Shown here: positions 26,468 through 36,541 of the stretch, piece by piece | Layout of the letters: each line of letters begins with the position of its first letter | Numbering within the stretch: position 1 is the first letter of the stretch | From: an uncultured bacterium | GTDB lineage: Bacteria > Krumholzibacteriota > Krumholzibacteriia > JACNKJ01 | Direction: 5' to 3' | DNA: 64,000 nt | NCBI GenBank assembly: GCA_963695095.1 | Contig: CAVOFT010000001.1 | Location: 1,565,881 to 1,629,880 of the forward strand | Made by a program: the position numbers and the translations under genes | The notes under the pieces: generated by a model | Database searches by the model: none | Seen by the model: the letters and a program-made list of their open reading frames with translations, nothing else | Told to the model about the DNA's origin: nothing

Positions 26468-26540
26468 GAGCCGCTAGCTCAGTCGGTAGAGCACTTGACT
26501 TTTAATCAAGTGGTGCCGGGTTCGATCCCCGGGCGGCTCA
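26468..26540 (+). tRNA. tRNA-Lys (anticodon TTT)
   Basis: Hand-folded cloverleaf: acceptor GAGCCGC/GCGGCTC, anticodon loop CTTTTAA, T-arm CCGGG-TTCGATC-CCCGG. Confidence 0.9.
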
Positions 26541-26674
26541 CTGGATCTTGAGTGCATGCCAAGGGCTTGCTGGCCAGCGGTCGAGCCGGATGCGTTATAC
26601 TCCCAGGGAGCGGGAGAAGCGGCCCTGCTAGGTGTCGCTCGCGCCAGCGAAGAACAGTCCGGGAGGATGCGGTG

Positions 26675-28693
26675 ATGAAGACGGCGCTTGTCGGCGCGCT
26701 CATGCTCATTCTGAGCAGCCAGGCAGCGAAGGCGGCGACCATCCATGTCCCCGCCGATCAACCGAACATCCAGGCCGGCATCGATGCCGCTGCCGGCGGC
26801 GACACCGTGCTCGTCGCCGACGGCATCTACAGCGGCCCCGGCAATCGCGAGATCGACTTCCGCGGGCAGCCGATCACGCTGCGCTCGGTAGGGGGCGACC
26901 CCGAGCTCTGCATCATCGATTGCGCCGCCGCCGAGCCCTACACCGGCGTCTACTTCCACTCCGGCGAGGACAGCACCTCCGTCCTCGAGGGGTTCACGAT
27001 CCAGAACGGCGTGGCGACTCACGCTACGGATTGGCCCGGCGCGTATGCCGGTGGGGGAATCTTCTGCAACCTCGCGCGACCCCTCCTGCAGAACCTCATC
27101 CTGCGGGCGAACAGCGCACCCTACCCTGGCACCGGCGCGGGGCTCGCGATCGACGGCTTCAGCTTCAGCGCCGGTCCGATCGTCCGCGACTGCCGCATCA
27201 TCGAGAACGACGACGGCGGCGTCTTCGTCTACGGCTCCGCGCGCTTCGAGCGCTGCCTGATCTCGCAGAACGCGGGCAGGTGCCTTGACCTGTACTGGAG
27301 CAACGCCCGCTTCCTCGACTGCGACGTGAGCGGCAATGAGATCCACCTCTTCGGGACGGGCCTCGGCATCGAGCTTCGCGGGTGCACGATCGTCGCCGCG
27401 ATGGACGGCCACCACGGCGCTCGCATCAGCTTCTACGATTGCGAGCTGTCCGGCCACCGGCTCTATTCCTTCGAGAACTATCTCGAGTTCCACGACTGCA
27501 CGATTCGCGATTGCCCCGACGGCGCGCTCGTGGTCGAAGAGGGCTTTGGGCTGACGATCGCGGGCTGCCTCTTCGCCAACAACAGCGGCGCCAGCGGCGG
27601 GGCCATCCAGCTGGGCGGGCCGAGCACCGCGCTGATCACGGCCACGCGCTTCGAGAACAACTCCGTGCTCGGTAGCGGCGGCGCGCTCCATCTCCTCCAG
27701 GCTGCATTCGCCGTGCTCGTCGACTGCGAGTTCCTCGGGAATACGGCGGGCGGCGGCGACGGGGGCGGCGCCATTGCCTCCAGCTCATCGGATGGGCTGT
27801 CCCTGACGGGCTGCACCCTGGCCGGCAACAGCGCGCTGTCGGGGTCTTCCGGCGGCGCGATCGCCGTCGCCGACTGGGACGGCAACGACATCCTCATCAA
27901 CGACTGCCTGCTGGTCGGCAACTACAGCGAAGGCAGCGGCGGCGCGCTGTACCTGGCCGGCGAGCCTGGCACCTCGAGCCGGCTCTTCCTGGCAGGCACG
28001 ACCGTCGCCGGCAATCGTGCGCTGGGTGCCGGCGGCGGCATCGCCTGCTTCCCCAAGGTCCCGCTGACCACCGGGGAATTCGACGACAGCATCCTCTGGG
28101 GCAACTGCGCGGGGATTGCCGGCGATCAGCTCTACCTGAACAACCCGGCGATCGCCGTCGATTTCGTCTGCAGCGCCGTGGACTCCGCCGGCGTCATCGG
28201 CGGCGCGGTCAGCTTCGATCCCGGCACCACCTTCCTAGATCCTCGCTTCTGCGCCCCGCTATCCTGTGCCGAGGCTCCCTTCGTCGAGTCCGCGGGCTTT
28301 GCCCTCGAGGAGGGGTCGCTCTGCTTGCCCGCGAACAACGACTGCGCGGTGCAGATGGGAGCGCTGGGCCTCGGCTGTTCGTTGACGGCCGTGGCCGATC
28401 AACCGGCGGCCCCATTCCCTCTGCTTGCTCAGAATCACCCGAATCCCTTCAACGCCCGCACGAGCCTGAGCTTCAGCTTGCCGCAAGCGGGTCCGGTGGG
28501 GCTCAGGATCTACGATCCGGCGGGGCGCGAGCGCGCCGCGCTGCTGACAGGGATCTGGCTCGGCACCGGCACGCACCGCCTGGATTGGGACGGCCGCGAC
28601 GCCCAGGGCCGGCCCCTGCCTTCAGGTGCCTATCTCTGCCGCTTGGAGGCTGCCGGTGGGGCGGACACCCGGAAGCTGATCCTGCTCAAGTAA
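26675..28693 (+). CDS. secreted right-handed beta-helix repeat protein with FlgD-like C-terminal sorting domain
   Basis: GGGAGG RBS and signal peptide MKTALVGALMLILSSQAAKA; Gly-rich beta-helix repeats; tail NHPNPFNARTSLSF...GAYLCRLEA. Confidence 0.7.
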   Translation: MKTALVGALMLILSSQAAKAATIHVPADQPNIQAGIDAAAGGDTVLVADGIYSGPGNREIDFRGQPITLRSVGGDPELCIIDCAAAEPYTGVYFHSGEDSTSVLEGFTIQNGVATHATDWPGAYAGGGIFCNLARPLLQNLILRANSAPYPGTGAGLAIDGFSFSAGPIVRDCRIIENDDGGVFVYGSARFERCLISQNAGRCLDLYWSNARFLDCDVSGNEIHLFGTGLGIELRGCTIVAAMDGHHGARISFYDCELSGHRLYSFENYLEFHDCTIRDCPDGALVVEEGFGLTIAGCLFANNSGASGGAIQLGGPSTALITATRFENNSVLGSGGALHLLQAAFAVLVDCEFLGNTAGGGDGGGAIASSSSDGLSLTGCTLAGNSALSGSSGGAIAVADWDGNDILINDCLLVGNYSEGSGGALYLAGEPGTSSRLFLAGTTVAGNRALGAGGGIACFPKVPLTTGEFDDSILWGNCAGIAGDQLYLNNPAIAVDFVCSAVDSAGVIGGAVSFDPGTTFLDPRFCAPLSCAEAPFVESAGFALEEGSLCLPANNDCAVQMGALGLGCSLTAVADQPAAPFPLLAQNHPNPFNARTSLSFSLPQAGPVGLRIYDPAGRERAALLTGIWLGTGTHRLDWDGRDAQGRPLPSGAYLCRLEAAGGADTRKLILLK

Positions 28694-28985
28694 TCCCTGG
28701 AAGCGCGCAACCCCATATCCAGCGCGAGTTTCCGCCCTGCAATACAATCAAACCGCGAAACTGGTTGACGAAGTTCCCATTCTCCCTTTCCATGCATCCC
28801 CAGGATGCGCGCCGCCGGGCTTTTCCTCGGTCCGACGGCGTGCCGCGCCCTCGGAACACGAGTTGCTTATCTGCAGCCGGGCGGCGGCAAATCTTGCCTG
28901 TTGCAGGAAGAACCTGCCTTGATTGAGCGTCCGGCGCCCCACGCAACGTTGCGTTTCACAACTTGCTGCAACCTACGAGGCGCGT

Positions 28986-31755
28986 GTGCACAAAATCCTA
29001 TCGGCAATCCTGATCCTCTGCGCTCTCCCCGTGGCTACTACCAGCTGCGGCAAGGACAACAAGACTACCACCGGTCCCATCCCCGAGGATCCCGCGCCCT
29101 GCGTGATCGCGGTGACGGGTCCCGTCGGCGGTGAAACCTGGATCGAAGGCCAGCTGCAGACGATCACCTGGACGATCAGCGACTGCGGCACCAAGGTCTC
29201 CCTCGAGCTGTGGCGCGAGGACGCACTGGTGGCCACGATCGCCGATAGTTCCGACAACGACGGCAGCTATACCTGGGCGGCCGCCCAGGTCGACAGCCAG
29301 GCCACCGGCTACCGGATCCGCATCGCCGATCTGGAGAGCGGCAACGCCGACAACAGCGACAACGCCTTCACGATCGAGAGGCCCGAGGACCCCGCCCCCT
29401 GCGTGGTGGCGGTGACCAGCCCCAACGGCGGCGAGACCTGGGTGGCGGGCGCCGAGTACCCGATCACGTGGACCGTCAGCGAGTGCGGGGCCGATGTCGC
29501 CATCGAGCTGTGGCGGGACGGTTCGCGCGTGGCCGTGCTCGCCGACCGCACCGACAACGACGGCAGCTACGAGTGGACGGCAATGCAGGCGGCGAACCAG
29601 GCCGCTGGCTACAAGGTCCGCGTCATCGACCTGGAGAGCAACAACGCGGACGAGAGCGACACCGTGCTCACGATCTCGCCGCCGGAGGACCCGGCCCCCT
29701 GCGTGCTCACCGTGACCGCTCCCAACGGCGGTGAGACCTGGGTGGCAGGCTCGGAGCACGCGTTCACCTGGACTCTGAGCGACTGCGGAGCCAAGGTCGC
29801 ACTCGAGCTGTGGCGGGATGGCGCCCCGGTGGCCACGATTTCCGATAGCACCGCCAACGACGGCAGCTTCACCTGGACCGTCGCCCAGGTGGGCGGACAT
29901 GTCCGCGGGCTACAAGGTGCGCGTCATCGACCTGGAGAGCGAGAGCACCGACGAGAGCAACGACGTGTTCACGATCGATCCGGCCGAGGACCCCACCCCC
30001 TGCGTGCTCACCGTCACCGGCCCCAACGGCGGCGAGACCTGGGTCGAGGGCCTGAGCTACCCGATCACCTGGACCGCCAGCGATTGCGGCGCCGAGGTCA
30101 TGATCGAGCTGCTGCGGGACGGCTCGCCGGCGGCCGTCATCGCCACCAGCACCGCGAACGACGGCAGCTACTCCTGGACCGCCGCGCAGGCGGACGGCGA
30201 ACTGGCGGGCTACAGCATCCGCATCACCGACCTCGAGAGCGCCAGCGCGGATGCGAGCAACGGCACCTTCTCGATCGGCGACGCGCCGCCCAACCCCGAC
30301 AACTACTTCTGCGTCTCGACGACCGGCACCAAGACCTCCGGGATCAGCACCACGGATATCGCGAACTTCGGCTGGGCGAACTCCGATTGCTACCATTCCA
30401 TCGGCGCGGCCATCAACGCCATGTCCCCCGGCGACCAGGTCTGGATCAACGATGGCACCTACTATGAGGACATCTCCCTGCACTCGAGTGAGTCCGGCAG
30501 CGCCAACAACTACACCATCATCCGCGCCCGCAACGCCGGCAAGGTCGCGCTGGAAGGCGACAACTTCGCGATGATCGATTTGCGCGCCGCCTCCTACATC
30601 GAAATCGACGGGCTGCGCATCCTACGCACGGGCGCGGCGGCCATCTACGTCCACGAAGCGTCCCATCACTTCAAGATCCTGCGCACGGGCTGGAACCAGC
30701 GCGCGGGCCTCATCAGCGACGACAGCCATCACGGGCTCATGGAGGATTGCTACGCCTGGGGCGGACCGCATCGCTACGCCTTCCAGGTGAATCAGGGCGC
30801 CAATCACATCGTTTTCCGGCGCTGTCGTCGTGCGCTGGGACTTCTCCAACGTCTCGGAGCCACTGGCCTGCTTCGCCTCCTATACCTGCGACAACATCTA
30901 CTTCCAGAACTGCATCACCGTCGACGGCACGGACAACAAGGGTGTCGATCACACCTACGACGGCCTCAAGAGCTTCTTCACGCCCAACGGCTCGCACGGA
31001 TTGCCATTACGTCGGGCTGCATCAGCCTGAACATGGACGGCGCGGCGGGCTGGTGGCTGGAGGGGCCGACCGCCGAGGGCAGTCTCACGGACTGCGTCGC
31101 CTGGGATCACCGGACGAACGCGGGCGACGCCACCGACACCTACAAGCCCTACACCTTCTCCTCGACGGCGGACTACGGCGGCTGGCTCCTGAACCGCTGC
31201 ACCTTCGGCATCAACGACCTCGGCTCTCGGCCGGTCAGCTTTGATCAATCCAACGCCGAGTCCATGGTGAACAGCATTATCTACGGCATGACGCTGAACG
31301 AGGGCCAGTACGCTGTTTCCGCCAACTTGGATGAGCACGACTACAACTGCTACTGGGGTAACACCGGCGGGCGCAATCAGGCCAGCCGCAGTCGGTCCGC
31401 ACTCGCTCGTGGCCATCAACCCGATCACGGACGGCCTGAGTTCGCTGGTCGAGATCGAGCCCGGCAGCACGCTCTGGAACGTCCGGCGACGAACGGCGGC
31501 CGCATCGGCGCTCATGATCGTGAACAAGATCGGCGTCAGCGGCACTCTCTACGGCGAGCCGGGCTGGGACCAGGACACGGGCGAGAGCCTCTGGCCCTTT
31601 CCCTACGAGGATCAGATCCGCGAGGATTGTCGGCGGATTCTGCGATGTCAGCGGGCGCGGCCTACTCGGGCAGCCCGGCCATGAACGGCGCGCGCGGCTT
31701 CTGCGCCCCCGGGCAGAGCCTGACGAACCACATCCTGAACTACCTCGATCGCTAG
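28986..31755 (+). CDS. lipoprotein with four tandem Kre9/KNH-like domains and a beta-helix region (about five frame changes)
   Basis: Lipobox ATTSCGK; four ~100-aa repeats PEDPAPCV..GGETW..ITWT..DCG..ELWR..NDGSY.W...GY..R..DLES; later segments alternate between frames (shifts near 29895, 30825, 31000, 31375, 31640). Confidence 0.65.
29082..30280 (+). repeat. four tandem ~300-bp coding repeats
   Basis: Near-identical repeat starts GAGGA(T/C)CC.GC.CCCTGCGTG at ~29085, 29385, 29685, 29986. Confidence 0.8.
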
Positions 31756-31911
31756 GGGGCGATGCCGGGGTCGCGCGCAAGCTAGACGGCGCGCGGCCCC
31801 GGCACCCGCCCTCCCCAGGAGGCCCAGCCAGCGCCTCCCTTTCTCCCCGTCCCTCACGAGTCCAGCCTTCGCCGCCGGTGCGGCGGGGGCTGAAATGCGC
31901 CGACATGGGCA

Positions 31912-31941
31912 TTGACAGAGTAGTTGTCATTTGTGTAAACT
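31912..31941 (+). promoter_or_regulatory. sigma70-like promoter candidate (TTGACA-18-TAAACT) overlapping inverted repeat TGACA-N7-TGTCA
   Basis: Read directly in the AT-rich spacer upstream of the 32108 gene. Confidence 0.3.
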
Positions 31942-32107
31942 AGGGCTGTGGATGCCCGGCCATTATTCGATTAGGAATGAGGCCGACTCGCTGGACAGCT
32001 CGACGGACTTGGCGTCCCCAGGCTGAGACTCGATTCCGGCTGCTGGCGCCGGTTCAAACTGGCCGGACATTCCAGCAATCGGTGACAGGCCTAGCACGAG
32101 GTGAGTC

Positions 32108-32650
32108 ATGCGCAAATTGCTAGTTATTGCTCTCGCGGCGGCGATGTGCAGCTTCGCCGTTTCGGCGTCCGCCCAGCTGATCGACCAGAATCAGCCCAGC
32201 GGCGTCACCTACATGGCCGGCTTCTCCCAGGGGGATCTGGCCCAGTCGTTCATGCAGACGAATGCCAACATCTCGGGCGCCGGGATCCTGCTGCAGAGTG
32301 GGATCGGCACGTCGGATACGGTCACGATCTCGCTGTGGAACCTGCTGCCGAACCAGGCCGGCGCCGTGATGCTCGCCTCGGCGAGCGCCACGGGCACGGC
32401 GGGGCAGTGGGTCGACGTCTTCTGGGGCCTCGTTCCCATCGCGCCGGCGACGACTTACTACCTGGTCTTCACGGGCAACACGACGCTGGGCATCGCGGGC
32501 GACACCAGCAACCCCTACGCCTTCGGGCAGGTGTACGCCAACCCGGGCTACCAGTCCTGGCCGACCTTCGACTACGCTTTCCGCACCTACTACAACGATG
32601 TGACGGCGACCGCGCCCAACAGCCTCTCTTCGATCAAGGCGCTCTACTAG
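32108..32650 (+). CDS. hypothetical secreted protein
   Basis: Signal peptide MRKLLVIALAAAMCSFAVSASA. Confidence 0.55.
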   Translation: MRKLLVIALAAAMCSFAVSASAQLIDQNQPSGVTYMAGFSQGDLAQSFMQTNANISGAGILLQSGIGTSDTVTISLWNLLPNQAGAVMLASASATGTAGQWVDVFWGLVPIAPATTYYLVFTGNTTLGIAGDTSNPYAFGQVYANPGYQSWPTFDYAFRTYYNDVTATAPNSLSSIKALY

Positions 32651-32853
32651 GCCGCGGATCGCTCTGCAATCCGAGGCATTCCCATTCGGACCCGGGGCCC
32701 CTGCCCGGGTCCTTCGCATTTTCCTTGCTTGCAGTCGCCCTGCCCTCATAATCCGGCCATCGCTGTGCGGAGCCTCCGGGGCGGAGCGCCGCTACGCGGC
32801 AGGGGGTCCGATGATGCGATCGCTTCTTCCGACGGTCCCTGGGTCTCGCGCTG

Positions 32854-33441
32854 ATGGCGGCCCTCCTCATCGCCCTCAGCGCCGCGCCCGGCCAGGCGCG
32901 CATCGTCCGCGGCCACGACCACGACGGCGGCTTCTTCCTGCGCCTGTCGGGCGGCCTGGGCGGCGCCGATAGCGGCCCCGAGATCCCGGGCGAGGATCCC
33001 CAGCTCTCGGGCGCCAGCGGCGACGTCAACCTCGCCATCGGCGGTGTCGTCTCGCCGGGCCTGGCCCTGCACGGCACGCTCTGGGGCTGGAGCATCAGTG
33101 AGCCCACGGTGGAGTGGGCCGACGAGGAGGGCTGGTTCCCCGGGGATCTCAGTTTGAGCGCCATCGGCGGCGGCGTGACCTACTACTTCATGCCGGCCAA
33201 CCTCTACCTCTCCGGTTCCCTGGGCTTCGCCACGCTCAGCCTCGATGTCGGCCATACGCAGCTGGGGGAGAGCGACACCGGCCTCGCCATGGACTTCACC
33301 GTGGGCAAGGAGTGGTGGGTGGGCGCCCGCTGGGGCCTGGGCGTGGCCGGCGCCTTCGGCTACCACAGCGTGCCCGGGGATGCGGACGAGGACTGGTCGG
33401 GCAAGAGCGTCGCCCTGCGCTTCTCGGCGACGCTGAACTAG
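32854..33441 (+). CDS. putative outer-membrane beta-barrel protein
   Basis: Gly/aromatic-rich alternating pattern, C-terminal F-S-A-T-L-N; a better signal peptide (MMRSLL...) lies upstream in another frame, so the N-terminus may be frameshifted. Confidence 0.45.
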   Translation: MAALLIALSAAPGQARIVRGHDHDGGFFLRLSGGLGGADSGPEIPGEDPQLSGASGDVNLAIGGVVSPGLALHGTLWGWSISEPTVEWADEEGWFPGDLSLSAIGGGVTYYFMPANLYLSGSLGFATLSLDVGHTQLGESDTGLAMDFTVGKEWWVGARWGLGVAGAFGYHSVPGDADEDWSGKSVALRFSATLN

Positions 33442-33677
33442 GGCCGGAGCGCCAGGCCCCCTGCGGTGGATTGACGCAGCGCTCGCCGCCGCATGCGATC
33501 CCAGCACTTCCAGCGCTATCCCCGCGCCTGGCCCGCAGCTTGCGCTTCCTGGCCGAGGGCCAGGAAAGGCCCGCTCTGGCGAGGGATGGCGTTTCGAGTC
33601 GCCGCTCCCCGATGGATCCCGGGATCGACCCCTCGCGGTCGCCAGCTCCTGCCGAGGAGCCCAGCAGGGGGTCGCCG

Positions 33678-35108
33678 ATGAAACGCATTACCCTGGTCGC
33701 AATCACCCTGGCCGCCCTGGTGCCGGCCCTGGTCGGCTGCCAGTTCCTCTTCACTCCGGACAGCGAGGAGGCAAGCCCCAGCTCCGCGCGTCGTCGAGAT
33801 GCCCGCGGCGGCGCCGCTGCCCGCCGCCGGCGCCCTCGAGGCCGCCCTGCTGCGCTTCCATGTTCGCCAGGCGAGCAACCAGTGGCTCTACCTGCACCGC
33901 GTCACGGCGCCCTGGACCGAGCAGAGCGTCACCTGGAACAACTTCGGCGCGGCCTACGACCCCTCGCCCATCGATTCCGTGCTCGTCGACGCGGCGGGCT
34001 GGTTCGAATTGCCGCTGACCGAACGGGTGCTCGCCTGGGGCACGGGCGCCGAGAGCTACCATGGCTTGCTGCTGCGCCACGGCGCGCTGGCCACGCCGCG
34101 CAGCGTCATCGACAGCCGCGAGGACGCCGCCTCGCCGCCGCGGCTGCTGCTCTGGATGCGCGGTCCGACCGGCCTCATCGCCGACAGCCTCGCGGCCGCG
34201 GCGGACGCCTTCATCTGGCGCGCCCAGCCAGGCAGCAACTACGGCGACCGCAATCCGCTCTACGCGGGCTGGGCCCAGCTCCAGGCCGGCATCGAGATGC
34301 AGGCCCTGCTGCGCTTCGACCTGCCGGTCTTCCCGACCACGGCCACCCTGGGCGACCGCGTCTGGCTCGACGCCGATGCCGACGGCCTCCAGGATCCCGA
34401 GGAAGCCGGGCTCGGCGGCATCACCGTCGAGTTGCAGGATCCCCTGCGCCGCCTGCTCCTGAGCGCGGTCAGCGACAGCAGCGGCGCCTATGCCTTCGCG
34501 GACCTGGAGCCCGGCGATTACCTGCTGCGCGTCGCAGCTCCCGGCGGGCTACGCTGGCGACGCTCGCCCAGCAGGGCGATGACCCTGCCCTCGACAGCGA
34601 TCTCGATCCGGGCAGCGGCTTCACGCCGGTCTTCAGCTCGCTCGCCGGCCAGTCCGATCTCGATCGGGACATCGGCCTGCGCCCCGCGCCCGTCGCGCAC
34701 TGGACGCCGCGCAGCGTGGGCTTCTGGATTCGCCACGCCGGACAGGGCCACGGCCACGGGGAGGATCTGGTGACCCCGCTCCTGCCGCTCTGGCTGGGCA
34801 GCCCCGCCGGCGCCAAGAGCCTGGAGGTGGCCGATGCCGGCCTGGCCGTGGCCGTGCTGCGCCAGCAGCTCCGGGATCGCTGCGAGGAGGGCGCGAATCC
34901 CATCACCGCGCTGCGGGCGCAGCTGCTGGCGGTCAAGCTCAACCTCGCCATGGGCGCCGAGGGCGAGCTGGCGGAGCTGCTGGCCGCCAGCGACGGCTTC
35001 CTGGCCGAACATGACCCGTCCGCCTGGTCCGGTCTGAGCCGCGCCGAGAAGCGGCAGGTCACTCAGTGGACGCGCCAGCTCAAGCGCTTCAACCAGGGCC
35101 GCGACTAG
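33678..35108 (+). CDS. lipoprotein with DNRLRE-like and SdrD-B (Cna-B)-like domains (two frame changes)
   Basis: Lipobox LVGC; middle part (…NYGDRNPLYAGW…, VWLDADADGLQDPEE…) is in ORF 33799..34773, N- and C-terminal parts in ORF 33114..35108; shifts near 33790 and 34550. Confidence 0.6.
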   Translation: MKRITLVAITLAALVPALVGCQFLFTPDSEEASPSSARRRDARGGAAARRRRPRGRPAALPCSPGEQPVALPAPRHGALDRAERHLEQLRRGLRPLAHRFRARRRGGLVRIAADRTGARLGHGRRELPWLAAAPRRAGHAAQRHRQPRGRRLAAAAAALDARSDRPHRRQPRGRGGRLHLARPARQQLRRPQSALRGLGPAPGRHRDAGPAALRPAGLPDHGHPGRPRLARRRCRRPPGSRGSRARRHHRRVAGSPAPPAPERGQRQQRRLCLRGPGARRLPAARRSSRRATLATLAQQGDDPALDSDLDPGSGFTPVFSSLAGQSDLDRDIGLRPAPVAHWTPRSVGFWIRHAGQGHGHGEDLVTPLLPLWLGSPAGAKSLEVADAGLAVAVLRQQLRDRCEEGANPITALRAQLLAVKLNLAMGAEGELAELLAASDGFLAEHDPSAWSGLSRAEKRQVTQWTRQLKRFNQGRD

Positions 35109-35136
35109 GCTCGAGTAGGCCAGGCTTCGCGCGAGG

Positions 35137-35685
35137 CTATGCCTCGCGCGAGCGGCCCCGCCACCACTGGGCGATCAGGTAGAGCCCGTAGAGCACCAGC
35201 GCGACGGGCCACCAGTCCTGGAGCCAGTCCAGCGAGTAGTCGTAGCGCGTGTGGGCGACGAGCAGGGCACCGATGGCGATGAGCAGCAGCCCGCCCAGCA
35301 GCGAGCCGCCCACGGGCAGCTTCATGTCCTTGGGCATCTCGAGGGCGGTGACCCCTTCAACGGCCTGATTGAAGAGCGCCGCCCGCCGGCCGGCGTCGAT
35401 GACGCTGAAGAGCCAGAAGAAGGCCAGGAAGAGCCCCACCAGCGGCGCCACCTTGCCGAGGTCCATGTTCAGCATCGTCATGCACAGGGCCACGACGATG
35501 GCGTGCGCGAAGCCGCGCTGGTAGTAGCCGATGTAGACCTGCCCCAGACCCGGGAAGAGCGAGAGCACGCTGGCCAGGGTGGGGGATTTGTACAAGCTGC
35601 TGCGGCGCAGGGGCCGGGGCGCAGCGGCCGCCGGCCGCGCGCCCTCCAGGGCGCCCTCGCCGCGCGTCTCGGGATGCTCGAACAT
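35137..35685 (-). CDS. hypothetical membrane protein (FPGLGQ motif)
   Basis: In-frame ATG within ORF 35137..35781; 3-4 hydrophobic helices; last gene of the sigma/anti-sigma operon. Confidence 0.45.
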   Translation of the reverse strand: MFEHPETRGEGALEGARPAAAAPRPLRRSSLYKSPTLASVLSLFPGLGQVYIGYYQRGFAHAIVVALCMTMLNMDLGKVAPLVGLFLAFFWLFSVIDAGRRAALFNQAVEGVTALEMPKDMKLPVGGSLLGGLLLIAIGALLVAHTRYDYSLDWLQDWWPVALVLYGLYLIAQWWRGRSREA

Positions 35686-35707
35686 GTCTGCCTCCTCGGT
35701 CAGGGAA

Positions 35708-36538
35708 TCAGGGCTGGCCGCTCGAGGCGGCATCGTTTGCTGTCGTCGTCGGGGCCGGGGCAGCCTGCCAGCCGCGGCCAATGCGCTTGAGGTCGCCCAG
35801 GATCTCGCTCAGGCGACTCGAGGCCGCCGCCAGGTCGCGCCGGCGCAGGCTGTCCAGCAGCTCGCGCAGATCCCGCCACAGCTCGCCCGCCAGCGGCGCC
35901 ATGCGCGAACGCCAGGCTGTCACGCGCGCGGACAGGCCGCTGCGCGCGGCGCCGATGCTGCGGGCGCCGCTGTCCAGGGCGGCGTCACCCACGGTGGCCA
36001 GCGTGTCCGTCACCCGGGAGAAGTCCAGGGGCAGGGCCGAGGCCAGGGTGCGCGGATCCTGGCGCAAGAGGTCCAGGGCGCGCTCGGGCGCCTGGCGCAG
36101 CGGGGAGACGGGCGTGGCCGTCAAGGCCACGACGATCAAGGTGCCGGCGTAGGCGGCCTCGAAGGCGAAGCGCGGCCGCCGCCAGCAGCGGCGCCACCAG
36201 GCAGTGATGCGCTCGTCGAGACGGGGCAGGGCGCTCCGCTCGTCTTCCCGGGCCATCGCCGCCAGCAACTCTGCCGCGAAGTCGGCATCGGGCTCGAGCG
36301 AGGCCAGGGCGGGCAGCGCGCGGGCCAGCCAGGCGAGGCCCTCCGCCAGTGCCCGGCAGGGCGCGCAGTGCGCCAGGTGGGCGGCGAGCAGGGCCGTCTC
36401 CTCGGCGCTGAGCTCGCCGTCCGTCACGGAGGGCAGCAGGGCCTCCGCCCGCGCGCAGGGGCTGCCGCTGGTGGCGGCGAGGATGGCCGCCGTCAGGGCT
36501 TCCTGGTCCAAGCGGGGACCATCGTCGAGCGGGCGCAT
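35708..36538 (-). CDS. membrane-bound zinc-binding anti-sigma factor (ZAS family)
   Basis: HLAHCAPC (H-x3-C-x2-C) plus upstream Cys; one TM segment; immediately downstream of the ECF sigma gene. Confidence 0.65.
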   Translation of the reverse strand: MRPLDDGPRLDQEALTAAILAATSGSPCARAEALLPSVTDGELSAEETALLAAHLAHCAPCRALAEGLAWLARALPALASLEPDADFAAELLAAMAREDERSALPRLDERITAWWRRCWRRPRFAFEAAYAGTLIVVALTATPVSPLRQAPERALDLLRQDPRTLASALPLDFSRVTDTLATVGDAALDSGARSIGAARSGLSARVTAWRSRMAPLAGELWRDLRELLDSLRRRDLAAASSRLSEILGDLKRIGRGWQAAPAPTTTANDAASSGQP

Positions 36539-36541
36539 CGC

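Noticed and set aside
26468-26540. tRNA-Lys as an integration site of a mobile element
   Set aside because: No integrase, transposase or duplicated tRNA 3' end was found downstream; only surface-protein genes.
28860-28985. Sigma54 promoter or operator upstream of the repeat lipoprotein (palindrome GCAACGTTGC, TTGCAG/CTGCAA repeats)
   Set aside because: GG-N10-GC spacing of a sigma54 -24/-12 element is not met; palindromes noted but function unsupported.
29082-30280. Tandem repeats as a CRISPR array or satellite
   Set aside because: Units are ~300 bp, in-frame and encode a conserved protein domain; no short repeat-spacer structure or cas genes.
33799-34773. ORF 33799..34773 as an independent gene
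   Set aside because: It is the middle portion of the 33678..35108 lipoprotein read in a shifted frame.
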